From Octopus vulgaris (taxonomy: Eukaryota): DNA of 64,000 nt. Location: positions 51,274,001 to 51,338,000 of the forward strand of contig OX597832.1 of assembly GCA_951406725.2 (NCBI GenBank), read 5' to 3'. Position numbers and translations under genes: made by a program. The notes beneath the pieces were generated by a model, which ran no database searches, had not been told where the DNA came from, and saw only the letters and a list, made by a program, of their open reading frames with translations. Of this stretch, positions 1 through 13,127 are shown in pieces (position 1 is the first letter of the stretch; each line of letters starts with the position of its first letter).

Positions 1-290
1 AATTTTTCACTTTCAATTTGTGATCATAAATCAAAAGAATACCTTTTTACCCCTGCCTCTTTCATGTGAAATCAATCAATTAAAGCTGTTTATCAACCCA
101 CTGTCTGGTACAAATCCACTGTCACCCTCTTATTAAGCTATTGATAAAAGCAACACTTAATTGGATATTCATTTTTCTTTTTTCTTTCTTTTAGCATCAG
201 GTGTTTTTTAGTTCTGTTTTATTGATGAATAATAACAATTATGATATTCTTCCTGTTTCATTTATTGCACTACTTTTCAGTATTTTTTAA

Positions 291-746
291 TAATAATAAT
301 GAAATTATTGTATACAGTGCTCAGGGGGAACCACAACTTGTCAGAAAGTGCATATAAAGTGTATGCAGTAATGTACAAATGTCTGGAAAGTGAACAGTGT
401 ATGAGTCAGATACATGCTTGCGTGTGTATGGAGGGGAGAAAATCAGGTGTAGTGTTGGCGAATCTCAGAAAGCAAGGAAGTTTTGAAGGATGCAGTGCTC
501 CGACAACCGATGCCGGCAGTTTGTTCCATACCTCAGCAACTCTCAGTGTGAAAAAATGTTTCCTAAAGTCATGGGAGCTATGCTGTTTTCTGACTTTGTA
601 AACATGTCCGTGGGTGTTAGACAGGTGGAGTTTGAAAAGGTGCTCAGAGTTATTGTTTGTAAGATGATTAATAATTTTATGGGTGTCTGCCAAGTCAGCT
701 GCTAGATGTTGAAGTTTCAATGTGTCCATGCCCAGGGAAGTAAGGC
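291..746 (-). mobile_element. CR1-like LINE 3' fragment
   Basis: Encodes ...KHFFTLRVAEVWNKLP, like the C-terminus of the RT at 54098-55345, and ends in an (ATT)n tail. Confidence 0.85.
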
Positions 747-1040
747 TTTTGCTTTGGTGTCTGCTATTAGATGTTCAGAATTCAAAAGGTTGTCAGGAGA
801 ATGGTCATAGCTGATTGAATAGAATCTGATTATAGTTTTCTTGATTTTTAAATTCGTCTTTAGATTGATTGATTGCAGTACTATATACACAGGTGTGTCA
901 TTTTTGATTATATAAACTTTTCCAGACTAGATTCGAAATAGGGGTTGTTGTTTATATATATTAAGGATAGTTATGTCTTTAGCTAATAACCTTCTTGCTA
1001 CAAAACAATCATGATAATAATTTAAACTTTGGATCAACAT

Positions 1041-1082
<42 letters not shown>

Positions 1083-1269
1083 ATGTGTGTGTATTCTTGT
1101 ATGTAGATAGATACATAGATAGATAGATTAGATAAGGGTAAAATCCAGGGATAAAAGTGTTGGGAGTTTGTAAGTTTCAAGCAATCCGTGGCAGGTATAG
1201 AAAACAATATGTAGCCTGAATTTTACTCATTCCACTCCCTTAATCTGGATGTGTGTGTGTGTGTATTGG

Positions 1270-1607
1270 GGGGACCCCCTTCGGTCATGATACTGACCAT
1301 GGGATTGCACCTAGAAAGTTACCCTCCTAGTCACAAGTCTGAGCAAGGTTGTTTATGGAAGACCAGCAGTCGCCCATGCATACTGGCCTCCCCTCGCCAC
1401 GCCACCAGTGTTGTCCAAGGGAAAGGTAGCAGTCGATACAGTTTGGCACCTGTGACGTCGCAACTCATTTCTACAGCTGAGTTAACTGGAGCAACGTGAA
1501 ATAAAGTGTCTTGCTCAAGAACACAACACGCAGCCTGGTCCGGGATTCAAACTCAAAACCTCACGATTGTAAGCTCGACGCTCTAACCACTGAGCCATGC
1601 GCCTTCA
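1270..1607 (-). mobile_element. tRNA-head CORE-like SINE with a distinct 3' module
   Basis: Pol III A/B boxes and a GTGTTCTTGAGCAAGACACTT core. The same tail module occurs at 21650-21842 and 43405-43700. Confidence 0.7.
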
Positions 1608-1763
1608 CGTGTGTCTATATAGACGTGCACTAACATACACACTAATGGGTGCACTTATAAAAAATTCTGGGTGATAAAATATTCAGTTTTATTGTCAGTT
1701 ACTTGTAGCAAGCTATAATAATAAAAGAATTAATTAAAATACACATTCTTTTACATCATTTAA

Positions 1764-2384
1764 TCCATTAACATTTAAACTGGCCATATCAGGCTCAAAT
1801 ATTTTACCTGTTTTGTGTTCAAGCTGATCAGATTCAGTTTCCTGCGTCCACCTTACAATGTTATTCTAAAGCTAAAGCTACATCATCAAAATCTCAAAGC
1901 TATTAGATTATAGGCGCAGGAATGGCTGTGTGGTAAGTAGCTTGCTTACCAACCACATGGTTCCGGGTTCAGTCCTACTGCGTGGCACCTTGGGCAAGTG
2001 TCTTCTACTATAACCTCGGGCCGACCAAAGCCTTGTGAGTGGATTTGGTAGACGGAAACTGAAAGAAGCCCGTCGTATATATGTATGTGTGTATGTGTAT
2101 ATGTTTGTGTATCTGTGTTTGTTCCCCCCCAACGTAGCTTGACAACATTGCTGGTGTGTTTACGTCCCTGTAACTTAGTGGTTCGGCAAATGAGAGTGAT
2201 AGAATAGGTACTAGGCTTACAAAGAATGTCCTGGGGTCGATTTGCTCAACTAAAGGTGGTGCTCCAGCATGGCCGTAGTCAAATGACTGAAACAAGTAAA
2301 AAAAAAAAGAAAATGCATGATTAAGCCAAAATAGTGTGAATTAATAAGCTTTGCATCTGATAGAGTAATCTGAGTACCAAAAGG
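1764..2384. mobile_element. piggyBac-type MITE interrupted by a SINE-A copy (1912-2310)
   Basis: TTAA flanks; homologous to the intact copy at 51689-51909. Confidence 0.65.
1912..2310 (+). mobile_element. SINE family A (tRNA-derived, internal TA/TG microsatellite, (AAAGAGT)n tail), representative copy
   Basis: TGGCTGTGTGG A-box and GGTTCAGTCC B-box. Further copies at about 5901+, 6811+, 9510+, 19774+, 23325-24420+, 27665-, 34545+, 35767+, 45985+, 47075-, 49585+, 50975+, 52840-, 55780-, 57211+, 57980+, 60095-, 62382-. Confidence 0.9.
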
Positions 2385-3111
2385 TTAATAAATGTAAGAC
2401 ATGTGTATGTATGTGTATGAATGCACTCATACACACCTGTAATCTTATCTGCTATTACGCTCAGTGTCCTCACCTATCTACCATAGCCTCCCTGAGCCAT
2501 TCCTATATCTCTCACCATTGCCTGCTACAGTCACCTCTACCCATTCTCTAGCACTCCCATTGTATCTTGAAGATATGTTCCAACATATCTCCACCAACAT
2601 CTCCCCCTTTCCTTTCTTTTCTATCTGGAGTAGCTTCATATCTCCTCTACAGCAACACACCCATTTCTAGCCCTCTCTCATACTTTAACCTTTCATCAAC
2701 TGGCACAAAGCCACCCCAGTCAGGGGATCTTAAGTCTTGCAAGTTACCTGATGACCCGACTGATGCTGGTGCCATGTAAAAAGCACCGAGTGCACTCTGT
2801 AAAGTGGTTGGCATTAGGAAGGGCATCGAGCCATAGAAACCAGGCCAAAGCAGCCAAGAAAGCTTGGTGTTGTCTTTTAGCTTACCAGCATCTGTCGAGC
2901 CATGCAGCTCATGCCAACATGGAAAATGGATGTTAAATGATGATAAATATATGTACACTTACACACACATATCTCCTCTTGCACTCTCCTATCTTTGAAA
3001 GAACTTTTTCTTCACCCATTCCCTTCCGGTCATTCAAAATGTGACCACGTGTGTACCGTTGGCAATTTTTTTCCCTCTGTCTTCCCTTCTTTGGATCTTT
3101 CCTTTTCCTAT

Positions 3112-3146
3112 GTTTCTGACGAAGAACTCCGCTCGAAACGTTAAAC
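3112..3146 (+). ncRNA. Minimal type I hammerhead ribozyme motif in a Penelope-like pLTR remnant (~3000-3240)
   Basis: gttt-CTGACGA-A-GAAC.TCC.GCTC-GAAA-CGT-T-aaac: stem I, catalytic core, stem II with one mismatch, palindromic ACGT stem III. Confidence 0.75.
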
Positions 3147-3559
3147 CCTCCTTCTTTCCTGAGCGCCCAATAACACTATACTTGTTCCACGTCCTCATGT
3201 TGTTGTGTTTTCTCTTTGTGTTTTCATGTTTGGATTAACTATATATATATATATATATCCATATTATATGTATTTATATATAAACACGCACACAATTTGT
3301 ACATAGTTAATTCAGGTATTCTTTTATACTTTTATTCTGTCATTCTTTTACTTGTTTCAGTCATTTGACTGTGGCCATGCTGGAGGACTGCCTTTAGTTG
3401 AGCAAATCAACCCCAGGACTTTTTCTTTATAAGCCTAATACTTATTCTTTTGGTCTCTTTTGCTGAACTGCTCAGTTACAGGATGTAAACACACCGGCAT
3501 CAGTTGTCAAGCAATGTTGGGGTGACAAACATACACACACACATACATATATATGTATA

Positions 3560-3926
3560 CTAGCAGTATCGCCCGGCGTTGCACAGGTTTGTAAGAGAAA
3601 TAACTATAAAGCATTTTTAGAGAGTTATAGCCAAAAAATAGCAAAAAATGGGAAAAAAATGATGGTAAATTTTTTTTTTTGAGAGTTAAAAAAGGTGGAG
3701 TTGCGTCCCCTAGACGGTCTGTGGTTTGGGTTTCTGATTCTCGACCCCATGTCGAATTTATCAATTTTTTTCAGAACTGGGGGAACTTTTCAAAATTTTC
3801 GCTGCGTTAGTTTTGAATTATGACATTGGGCTATGTGTGTGTCAAATTTCATCAGAATCGGTTGAAAGCCGTGGTCAGAGTGAGGGTACGAGAAAACAGA
3901 CTCACAGAAAACTGCCGTTTATATAG

Positions 3927-3931
<5 letters not shown>
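3560..3931 (-). mobile_element. Non-autonomous Helitron nested in a SINE-A microsatellite
   Basis: On the minus strand it starts TC, ends CTAG, sits between A and T, and has a subterminal hairpin (CCTGTGCAACGCCGGG). Confidence 0.75.
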
Positions 3932-3961
<30 letters not shown>

Positions 3962-4624
3962 TGACAGGCTTCTTTCAGTTTCTTATTTCTTTATTGCCCA
4001 CAAGGGGATATACAGAGGGGACAAAGAAGGACAGACAAAGGAATTAAGTCGATTACATCAATCCCAGTGCGTAACTGGTACTTAATTTATCGACCCCGAA
4101 AGGATGAAAGTCGACCTCAGCGGAAAAGTATGGAAAAGTGTACCTAAAACCATTTGCAAGTTACTTGGTGACCCTGCCAGTGCTGGTGCCATGTAAAAAG
4201 CATCCAGTCTACACTATGAAGTGGGTGGCATTTGGAAGGGTGTCCAACTGTAAAAAAACCATGCCAAAACTGACCTCACCTGTGCTGGTGCCACATAAAT
4301 AGCACTCAGTCCACTCTGTGGGCTGGTTGGTGTTAGGAAGGGCATCCAACCGTAAAAACCATGCCAAAACAGACACAGTAGCCTGAGGTAGTCTTCTACC
4401 TGGCTGGCTCCTGTCAGACTATTCAACCCATGCCAGCATGGAAGGTGGACGTTAAACGCTGATGATGATGTTGAAATTTCTGTTGATTCATATTATAAAT
4501 GAAAGGCTTTGATTTCCTGTACTCTGAGTTGCTTGTTTCCATTTGTCAGCTTGTATACTGCACACACACACACTCATTGTTTTCAAAAGTGTTAATTAAA
4601 AACATCAATTAAAAGTATTATACA

Positions 4625-5137
4625 TCTGACGACAGGCACCTATGCCAACGAAGACTTTGCTTGCGAAGACCTGTTGGGGCAAGTGAAATCGGAATCGAAA
4701 TTGAACCAATCCTATGGCTGGCACCCGGCAGATGCCAGGACCCCTGGACTGGAGATACGTAAAAAGCACTATCTGAATCGTGGCCGATGCCAGTGCCGCC
4801 TCGACTGGCTTCCGTGCCAGTGGCACGTAAAAAGCACCATCCGAATCGTGGCTGGAACCAGTGCCGCCTCGACTAGCTTCCGTGCCGGTGGCACGTAAAA
4901 TGCACCAATCCGACCGTGACTGTTGCCAGCCTTGCCTGGCACCTGTGCAGGTGGCACGTAAAAAGCACCCACTACACTCACGGAGTGGTTGGCATTAGGA
5001 AGGGCATCCAGCTGTAGAAACATTGCCAGATAAGACCGGAGCCTGGTGCAGCCTTCTGGCTTCCCAGACCCCAGTTGAACCGTCCAACCCATGCTAGCAT
5101 GGAGAACCGACGTTAAACGATGATGATGATGATGATG
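4625..5137 (+). mobile_element. RTE-clade LINE 3' end/UTR with (GAT)n tail and internal ~67-bp repeats, representative copy
   Basis: GTTGGCATTAGGAAGGGCATCCAGCTGTAGAAA motif and (GAT)n tail. The copy at 29993-30410 keeps an RTE-like ORF end (VVRKDLQMLGL...FAVLEK). Others at about 2730, 4150, 7245, 9198-, 13890, 25415, 27290, 29628-, 31420, 35166-, 37625, 40870-, 49744-, 51385-, 59070. Confidence 0.75.
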
Positions 5138-5353
5138 ATACAAAAGAATTATTTTGGAACATTGCTTAAACAGCAACGCAATTTCCAAGTTGCTTGTTTC
5201 CAGTCGTCAGCGAGTAAACTGTAAACTACACACATTCATTGTTTTCAAAAACATTAAAAGTGTTACTTAAAAGTATTATTTTGGAACATTGCTTAAACAG
5301 CAACGCAATTTCATGACTTCAATTGTATAGAGCTTATGATGTTTATAATAATA

Positions 5354-5731
5354 CTAGCAGTATCGCCCAGCGTTGCTCGGGTTTGTTTCGACCCTTTAGA
5401 ATTGGAATTTTTGAAAAGTAAAATTTTTGCATTATGTAGCTTGTTATTCTCCTTAAGCGAACATTTTTCTGGTTGAAATACACTGAAAAATGGCGACACA
5501 GCATTAATAAAGTCGTAAAAAATAGGGATTTTTATAGAAAAAAAAGCACCTTTTTGATGTAAATAATTTTTGGTGTTAACATGGTCCAATTTGAAATTTT
5601 TCTTCTACGGAATGAAGAGCAAGCCTTCTATCATACTCTCAATTTTGGTCAACTTGCACCGCAGGGTCTCGGAGGAGATAGTGTTAGTTGAAGGCTACCA
5701 AACCAGACAACTTCAGCTTTATATATATAGG
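5354..5731 (-). mobile_element. Non-autonomous Helitron, second copy
   Basis: Same CTAGCAGTATCGCCC terminus and hairpin as 3560-3931, with a TA-rich 5' end. Confidence 0.7.
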
Positions 5732-6380
5732 TTACCACGAGAACCAGGAATGAGATCAAAAGCTTGAGTTTGCGGCAGCTGTTTTCACACATGTTGTTCA
5801 CAAAGGTTTTTTTTTTAATGAAAGAGCAAATGTATAATGATGTTTCCTTCAAACTTTCTTTCATGTTTCTAGAAATATTCAGACAGTGACTATTTGTGTA
5901 GGTGCAGGCATGGCTGTGTGGTAAGAAGCTTGCTTCCCAACCACATGGTTTTGGGTTCAGACCCACTGCATAGCACCTCGGGCAAGTGTCTTCTATTTTA
6001 GCCTCAGGCCGACCAAAGCCTTGTGAGTAGACATGGTAGATGGAAACTGAAAAAAGACCATTATATATATGTATATATATGTGTATATATATATCTGTGT
6101 GTGTGTCTGTGTTTGCCCCCCCCTCCATCGCTTGACAACCGATGTTGGTGTTTACATCCCTGTAACTAAGCGGTTTGGCAAAAGAGTCCAATAGAATAAG
6201 TACTGAAGTCAGTTTGTTCAACTAAAACCCTTTAAGGCAGTGCTCTAGCATGGCCACAGTCAAATGACTTAAGCCAGTAAAAGAGTATTCTAAAGAAAAC
6301 CAAGCTCAGTTTACTAGTTGATGATGAGAAATGAGTAACTCGGAGTACTGGAAATTGGAGCTTTTCAGCTGTAATATATA

Positions 6381-6593
6381 CAAAGGGGTGCTGAAAAGTT
6401 CCTAGCTTTAAGGGTATTGCAAAAGGCCTAGTTGGAGGCCCAACATTCTGAGTTCTTTCACAGGGCTTAGAGAAACTGAAGGACCGCTGCAGTATTGTGT
6501 GAACCTGAGGGGGGAAAATGCTGAATAAAATCATAATTAACTGATCTTCCTGTATTTCTTTTACCCTAAGCCAAGAACTTTTCAGTATCCACT

Positions 6594-6595
<2 letters not shown>
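6381..6595. mobile_element. Mariner-type MITE
   Basis: Inverted termini GGGGTGCTGAAAAGTTCCTAGC / GCCAAGAACTTTTCAGTATCC in a TA context. Confidence 0.6.
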
Positions 6596-6647
<52 letters not shown>

Positions 6648-7536
6648 TGTATGTGTGTTTGTGTGAGTTCATTCATATTTCATCATCTTCATATATATTC
6701 AGTGACCTCATTAGCTGTGTTGTTTGCTTGTAGTCTGCTGTGGAAGTGAGCCTGGGCTTCTGACTTGTGAATAAGATGTTTTTTCATACAGTGTTATTTG
6801 TCTCCAGTTAGGCATAGGAGTGGCTGTGTGGTAAGTAGCTTGCTTACCAACCACATGATTCCTGGTTCAGTCCCACTGCATGGCACCTTGGGCAAGTGTC
6901 TTCTACTATAGCCTCGGGCCGACCAAAGCCTTGTGAGTGGATTTGGGAGACGGAAACTGAAAGAAGCCCGTTGTATATATGTATATATATATATATATAT
7001 GTTTGTGTGTGTTTGTCCCCCCAACATCGCTTGACAACCGATGCTGGTGCGTTTACGCCCCCATAACTTAGCGGTTCGGCAAAAGAGACCTATAGAATAA
7101 GTACTAGGCTTACAAGGAATAAGTCCCGGGGTCGATTTGCTTGACTAAAGGCGGTGCTCCAGCATTGCCACAGTCAAATGAATGATACAAGTAAAAGAGT
7201 AAAGAGTTCTCCACCTTAACATATTGAGACTGTTTGTTGTGCAATAGATGAGGACGTTATTACCTCACTTGGAAACAAGCGAGGATTGGCAACAGGAAGG
7301 GCATCCAGCTGTAGAAAACTCTTCTCCAACACCCTCTCATCTCACACATACAAACATGGAAAAACAGGTGTTAAAATGATGATGATGAAAGTTTCATAAG
7401 CAAATTATTCATCGTCTGTCTGTCTGAAGTAACATGTTCTCCAAGAGAAATTGTGACATTTTGAACTAAGTTTATATAAAAGTACTTTCACAGTTTATAT
7501 ATCAAAAGCTGTATTCATTAGCCTCAACATTTAACT

Positions 7537-7571
<35 letters not shown>

Positions 7572-8364
7572 CATATACATATACAGAGAGAGAGAGAGAG
7601 AAATAAATAATATACAAATATATGCATATATACATACATATATGTACACACCTACATATGTATACACAACTGATGGAAGCATTAAATTTAAATTTATGCA
7701 AATATGTTTATTATATATGCATTAAGATATATATATATATATATTATATATCACCGTGACCAACCAAGCTATCAGATGTTGCTATGCATCGCTGGTCAGC
7801 CTTCAAATGACGCCACCCCACTGGCTAAGCGAGCAGGCCAATATATATATTTATATATACATATAAAACCACATAATTAATGATATGTATATATATTCAT
7901 ATGTATATTCATACACATATACAGATACACACACATTTGCATAAATTTAAATATATTACCTCCAGTTTTAAATATATTGCTTCCAGCTTTCTACCTGCAT
8001 GTTTTATGACTGCTGATTTAGTAGCAGTCTTCTAATTAGGCCGGATACATGTGTGTATTGCACATACACATACGGACATGTACATATATGATTGTATGTG
8101 CAGGATATCTGATCTCAGTGATAACATACAGCACTCTAAGGTTATCTGCACTGATCTTTAAGCCTCTTGCTTTCTTTTTCCATCAGAGTCTGCCAAGATC
8201 ACAGTTTGCAGATATTAATGTCTAAGGAATGAATTTCCTTGATAGACCAGTCAAGTATCCCAAATGCTGTTATCAGCACTGTTACTGAAAGTGCATTGTG
8301 GGATACTATCTTGTAAGAGGAAGGCTATGGCTGCCATTTTTTTTTAAAATCTGGTATAATATTT

Positions 8365-8771
8365 GGATCTTTTCAGTTTGACCGGCAGTTTTTCTAGCGG
8401 TGTCATATGAAATTGTCACCCATAATTATGACCTTAGTATCGATCTATTGCATTTCAATCTGTTTTAGGGTTAGGGTTAGGGGTGGGGGGAAGGGTATCT
8501 TTTTTCTTCACAAATGTAAATAAACCCAATCTGTTTCTTAAACGAGGGACATATTCATATGGCACAGAATGTTTTTTTTACCTCAATAGACGTCATTGAT
8601 TGGTTAAAATTGAAGAAAAAAACAACAAATATCTTACAAACTATAGAATTTTCTCAATAAAGCCAAGAGAAAAAGATGTTTTATAAACACATTCTACCAG
8701 TGTACGAAGTTTAAAAGTGTTTAGTTATGTGGAAATTATTTTTAAAAACTGCCGTTCAACCGAACAGATCC
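8365..8771. mobile_element. MITE with GGATC termini, ~8-bp TSD and internal (TTAGGG)3 (Merlin-like)
   Basis: TIRs GGATCTTTTCAGTTTGACCGGCAGTTTTT / AAAAACTGCCGTTCAACCGAACAGATCC; flanks taatattt/taatattc. Confidence 0.75.
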
Positions 8772-10084
8772 TAATATTCTTTGGGCTACTTTTTATTCAC
8801 AACACTTTCATATGATACAATCTTATCAATACCTAGATATTTCTTGCACTTAGTCTGTAGAACAGGGAAGATAGAGTGCTCCTTGCTGGAAAGGTTTTGG
8901 GGACAATTTTCATATTAAGTTTGTAAATATGAACCAGTTTTTTTTTACAAATTCCATCCCTATTTTAGCAGAAAGTATGATTAATTCCAGTTGTTTCTCA
9001 GCATTGTAAATATTTTGAGCATGGATAGAGCTTTAGAGTAGCTACAAGTAAATTATAGGTTTCATTAGCATCTCTTGTTGTAGACTTTATGACAGTCATG
9101 GGCAAACTGTGACCCATAGGACTGCCAATGAAAAGTTTACTCTGAATTATTTTAGTAGAAAGACATGCTTGATAAGCCATGTCTCTTGTGGTCTCATCAT
9201 CATCATTTAACATCTGCTTTCCATGCTAGCATGGGTTGAATGATTTGACTGAGGACTGGCGAACCAGATGGCTGCGCCAGGCTCCAAACTGATCTGGCAG
9301 AGTTTCTACAGCTGGATGCCCTTCCTAACGCCAACCACTCCAACCTGCTGGCCTTGTGCCAAAATTTCAAACCAATATATAAAGTACAAGATTGGAGGTT
9401 GAGGTTATGGTATTACATGTCTTTCATTAAAATCGTTTCAACAATGCATTGTTCAGATGCATATATAAATATAATTGTGTAATATATAGTAAATATTACA
9501 CAATAGTGTAATAGGAGTGGCTGTGTGGTAAGTAGCTTGTTTACCAACCACATGGTTCCGGGTTCAGTCCCACTGCGTGGCTCCTTGGGTAAGTGTCTTC
9601 TACTATAGCCTCGGGCTGACCAAAGCCTTGAGAGTAGACGGAAACTGAAAGAAGCCCGTCGTATATATGTATGTATATATATATATGTGTGTGTCTGTGT
9701 TTGTCCCCCTAGCATTGCTTGATAACCGATGCTAGTGTGTTTATGTCCCCGTTACTTAGCAGTTCGGCTAAAGAGACCGATAGAATAAGTACTGGGTTTA
9801 CATAGAATAAGTCTCGGGGTCGAGTTGCTCGATTAAAGTCGGTGCTCCAGCATGGCCGCAGTCAAATGACTGAAACAAGTAAAAGAGTAAAGAGTAATAA
9901 TATCATTTATATTTATATTCATGACGTATCTGAACCACGTATTGTTGAAATGACTGTAACGAAGGAATGCAGCTAATACCATAACCACCATTTTTGGACT
10001 TAATGTGTTATACGTCATGACAATAAATTATCCCTAATATTCCAATGTATATGAATAGTTTCTTTTTAAGGAAAATTGTCCACA

Positions 10085-10990
10085 TTTAAACTCTCTTCTG
10101 GTTTTGGCAGATACTCTCCTCTTCAGAGAAGAACCACAGCATATCTGGCTCCAGTGGGTGTTTCAACTTGTTGATCATCTTCTTGGTGTGTTTCAGTCCC
10201 TTTTTCCTGCATCACCTTGGGACAGAAATTGTCTCTTCCTCATCTTGTATGAAAAGTAGTGAATGTCCGCATGCACCACCTGTCCTGATGAGCTTTTCAT
10301 CCGCACCTTTCTCACCTGCAGTGGCATGCTTTGACTTGCGGAGATCATTGTCGATGATCTGGATCTCAATGAGGAATTCTTATTTCTTTATTGCCCACAA
10401 GGGGCTAAACATAGAGTGGACAAACAAGGACAGACAAACGGATTAAGTTGATTACATCGACCCCAGTGCGTAACTGGTACTTAATTTATCGACCCCGAAA
10501 GGATGAAAGGCAAAGTGGACCTCGGCGGAATTTGAACTCAGAACGTAGCGGCAGATGAAATACCTATTTCTATTTCTTTATTACCCACAAGGGGCTAAAC
10601 ATAGAGGGGACAAACAAGGACAGACAAACGGATTAAGTCGATTACATCGACCCCAGTGCGTGACTGGTACTTAATTTATCGACCCTGAAAGGATGAAAGG
10701 CAAAGTTGACCTCGGCGGAATTTGAACTCAGAACGTAGCGGCAGACTAAATACCGCAATGCATTTCAGCCGGTGTGCTAACGATTCTGCCAACTCCTCGC
10801 CTTGAGGAATTCTGGCGTCCTGATGGCATTAGATTATCAGTCATGGGGTTTTCCTCTCTGTTGTTGCCTCATAGTCAAATCCTGGATCTTTCAGCTCCTT
10901 TCTGACCTTTTCCACCATCCTTCTGCTGATGTTGAGGAAGTCTGAAAGCTCCTTGTTTGTCCTTCTGCCACAGATGGCCAAAAGAGGACT
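10085..10990 (-). pseudogene. Degenerate Tc1/mariner transposase fragment split by a SINE-B dimer
   Basis: Minus strand reads ...YKMRKRQFLS...NKLKHPLEPDMLWFFSEE, similar to 24691-25062. Confidence 0.55.
10381..10803 (-). mobile_element. SINE family B (tRNA head, Nin-like central domain), tandem dimer
   Basis: GTCGACTTTGCCTTTCATCCTTTCGGGGTCGATAAATTAAGTACC core; TSD tgaggaattct. Other copies at about 3984-, 11173-, 11690-, 26926-, 29335+, 32578-, 39866+, 46087-, 59594+, 60500+, 62895-, 63280-, 63894-. Confidence 0.85.
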
Positions 10991-11944
10991 CCATGCCTCT
11001 TCTATAAATTGGGGAATTGGGGAGGGGTGTCAAAATTTTCCATAGCCAATTATTCTGCAAAAAAAAAAAAAATAAAGCCAAAATGGTTATTGCTTTTAAG
11101 AAGAAAATGACCAACAACAAAAGTAAAAAAAAAATGTGTAAAATTAGCAGTTGAAAATTGTGATCAAATACCTATTTCTTTATTACCCACAAGGGGCTAA
11201 ACACAGAGGGGACAAACAAAGACAGACAGAGGGATTAAGTCGATTACATCGACTCCAGTGCATGACTAGTACTTATTTAATCGACCCCGAAAGGATGAAA
11301 GGCAAAGTCGACCTCGGCTGAATTGGAACTCAAAACATAACGGCAGACGAGATACCGCTATGCATTTCGCCCGGCGTGCTAACGTTTCTGCCAGCTTGCC
11401 GCCTCAGCCCAAATACCATCTGCACCTTGTGTGTAGCCTAAACTAACATAGAAATCCCACCCATTGGGTATTAAACGTGACTCTGTAGCTTTTACTAGTT
11501 TTTGTAGTTGAATATACTATGTTGCAGCAGTGTACCTCAGTTAGTATTTCAGAAATGCTTGTACTATCACTAGAGGATACTATATTATCAGATGTCTGTG
11601 TTTATAAAATTACAGGATTTTACTATTGTCACTATCAGTGCAGTTAATTTACTTTTTTATGACATTGCATGCTATCCTACTTTTATATATATTTCTTTAC
11701 TTCCCACAAGGGGCTAAACATAGAGGGGACAAACAAGTACAGACAAACGGATTAAGTCGGTTACATCGACCCCCGTGTGTCACTGGTACTTAATTTATCG
11801 ACCCCGAAAGGATGAAAGGTAAAGTCGACCTCGGTGGAATTTGAACTCAGAATGCAGTGGCAAACAAAATACTGCAAAGCATTTCGCCCTGCCCGGCGTG
11901 CTAACGTTTCTGCCAGCTCATTGCCTTTCTTCTTTTTTTGGCGA

Positions 11945-12190
11945 ATGCCCCGGGGAGAACTTGCTGGGTCTTGATGGTCTGCCTTACGAATTTTACAAAA
12001 GTATGCCAGACTTGTTCAGACACCTGCTGGCCAGCGTCTACACCAATTGGCAGCAGAATGGGAGAATTCCCACGTCTGCGAGCCAGGGGTGGTGGTGGCG
12101 TTGATCAGTAAGGACCCGAGCAAGGGGGACGAGATAGGGAACTTCAGGCCCATAACTCTGCTAAACACAGAGTTAAAGATTTTGGCCAAC
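11945..12190 (+). pseudogene. L1/Tx1-clade reverse transcriptase fragment
   Basis: GLDGLPYEFYK...(frameshift)...KGDEIGNFRPITLLNTELKILA. Confidence 0.75.
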
Positions 12191-12600
12191 CTACTTTTGT
12201 ATAATCTCCAACAATATCACCAACAATCACAACCTTGTGATTGCTTGACTTTTTATCCCAACTCTCATCAAAAAAGTTACTTAACGCTAACTTAAAGGAT
12301 TGTTTTCCAATTGTGGTTTTAAAATGTCTTTTCAGATGTATGCATTCAGTTTTATTTCAAGAGTTCTTGCCAATAAAGAGCTGGTTTCTAAACTAGATCC
12401 AAGGCTCCTTCATTGGAATTTCAGCATCAACAGGGTATTTTTGTATATATAAAGAAGAGTATTGTAGTTCGCTTGAAGCATTGAGTATTGTTTGTAAAGA
12501 ATAAAAAGTTTTGAATGGTACAACAATGCACTATAATACAGACAATGGGCTATATACCTGTTGTAATTTAGTCATCCATAGTCTGATATGATATTTCGGA

Positions 12601-12980
12601 GGAGGCGCAATGGCCCAATGGTTAGGGCAGCAGTCTCGCGGTCATAGGATCACGGTTTCGATCACGGGCGTTGTGAGTGTTTATTGAGCGAAAACACCTT
12701 AAAGCTCCACGAGGCTCCGGCAGGGGATGGTGGTGATCCCTGCTGTACTCTTTCACCACAACTTTCTCTCACTCTTACTTCCTGATTCTGTTGTACCTGT
12801 ATTTCAAAGGGCCGGCCTTTTCACTCTCTGTGTCACGCTGAATATTCCCGAGAACTACGTTAAGGGTACACGTGTCTGTGGAGTGCTCAGCCACTTACAC
12901 GTTAATTTCACGAGCAGGCTGTTCCGTTCATCGGATCAACCGGAACCCTCGTCGTCGTAACCGACGGAGTGCTTCCATCC
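12601..12980 (+). mobile_element. SINE family C (tRNA-Arg-like head)
   Basis: A/B boxes, CTCGCG anticodon-like loop, 13-bp TSD atgatatttcgga (12588-12600 and 12981-12993). Relative at 21336-21645. Confidence 0.85.
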
Positions 12981-13015
12981 ATGATATTTCGGAATAATAT
13001 TCCTTCTTCAGATAT
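12981..13015 (-). ncRNA. Minimal type I hammerhead motif, disrupted by the SINE-C insertion
   Basis: Minus strand atat-CTGAAGA-A-GGAAT.ATT.ATTCC-GAAA-TAT-C. The stem I partner atat is restored when the SINE and one TSD are removed. Confidence 0.7.
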
Positions 13016-13127
13016 TCTTAGATGGAGTCGCTGCTATAATCAGTTTTCAAACAGCTTGTTTATGTGCAGATTTGTATGTATTGTCAAGCATATAGTTGCA
13101 TGTCTCGACATGCTCGTATATACTCAA

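Noticed and set aside
1908-2295. Recurrent small ORFs such as RASFSFRLPNPLTRLWSARGYSRRHLPK
   Set aside because: Antisense translations of SINE-A copies, not a gene family.
8465-8482. Interstitial telomere from a chromosome fusion
   Set aside because: Only three units, and they are an internal part of a multicopy MITE.
12601-12680. tRNA gene
   Set aside because: It is a SINE head that continues into a SINE body with a TSD, and the cloverleaf is degenerate. The same holds for the other tRNA-like heads.
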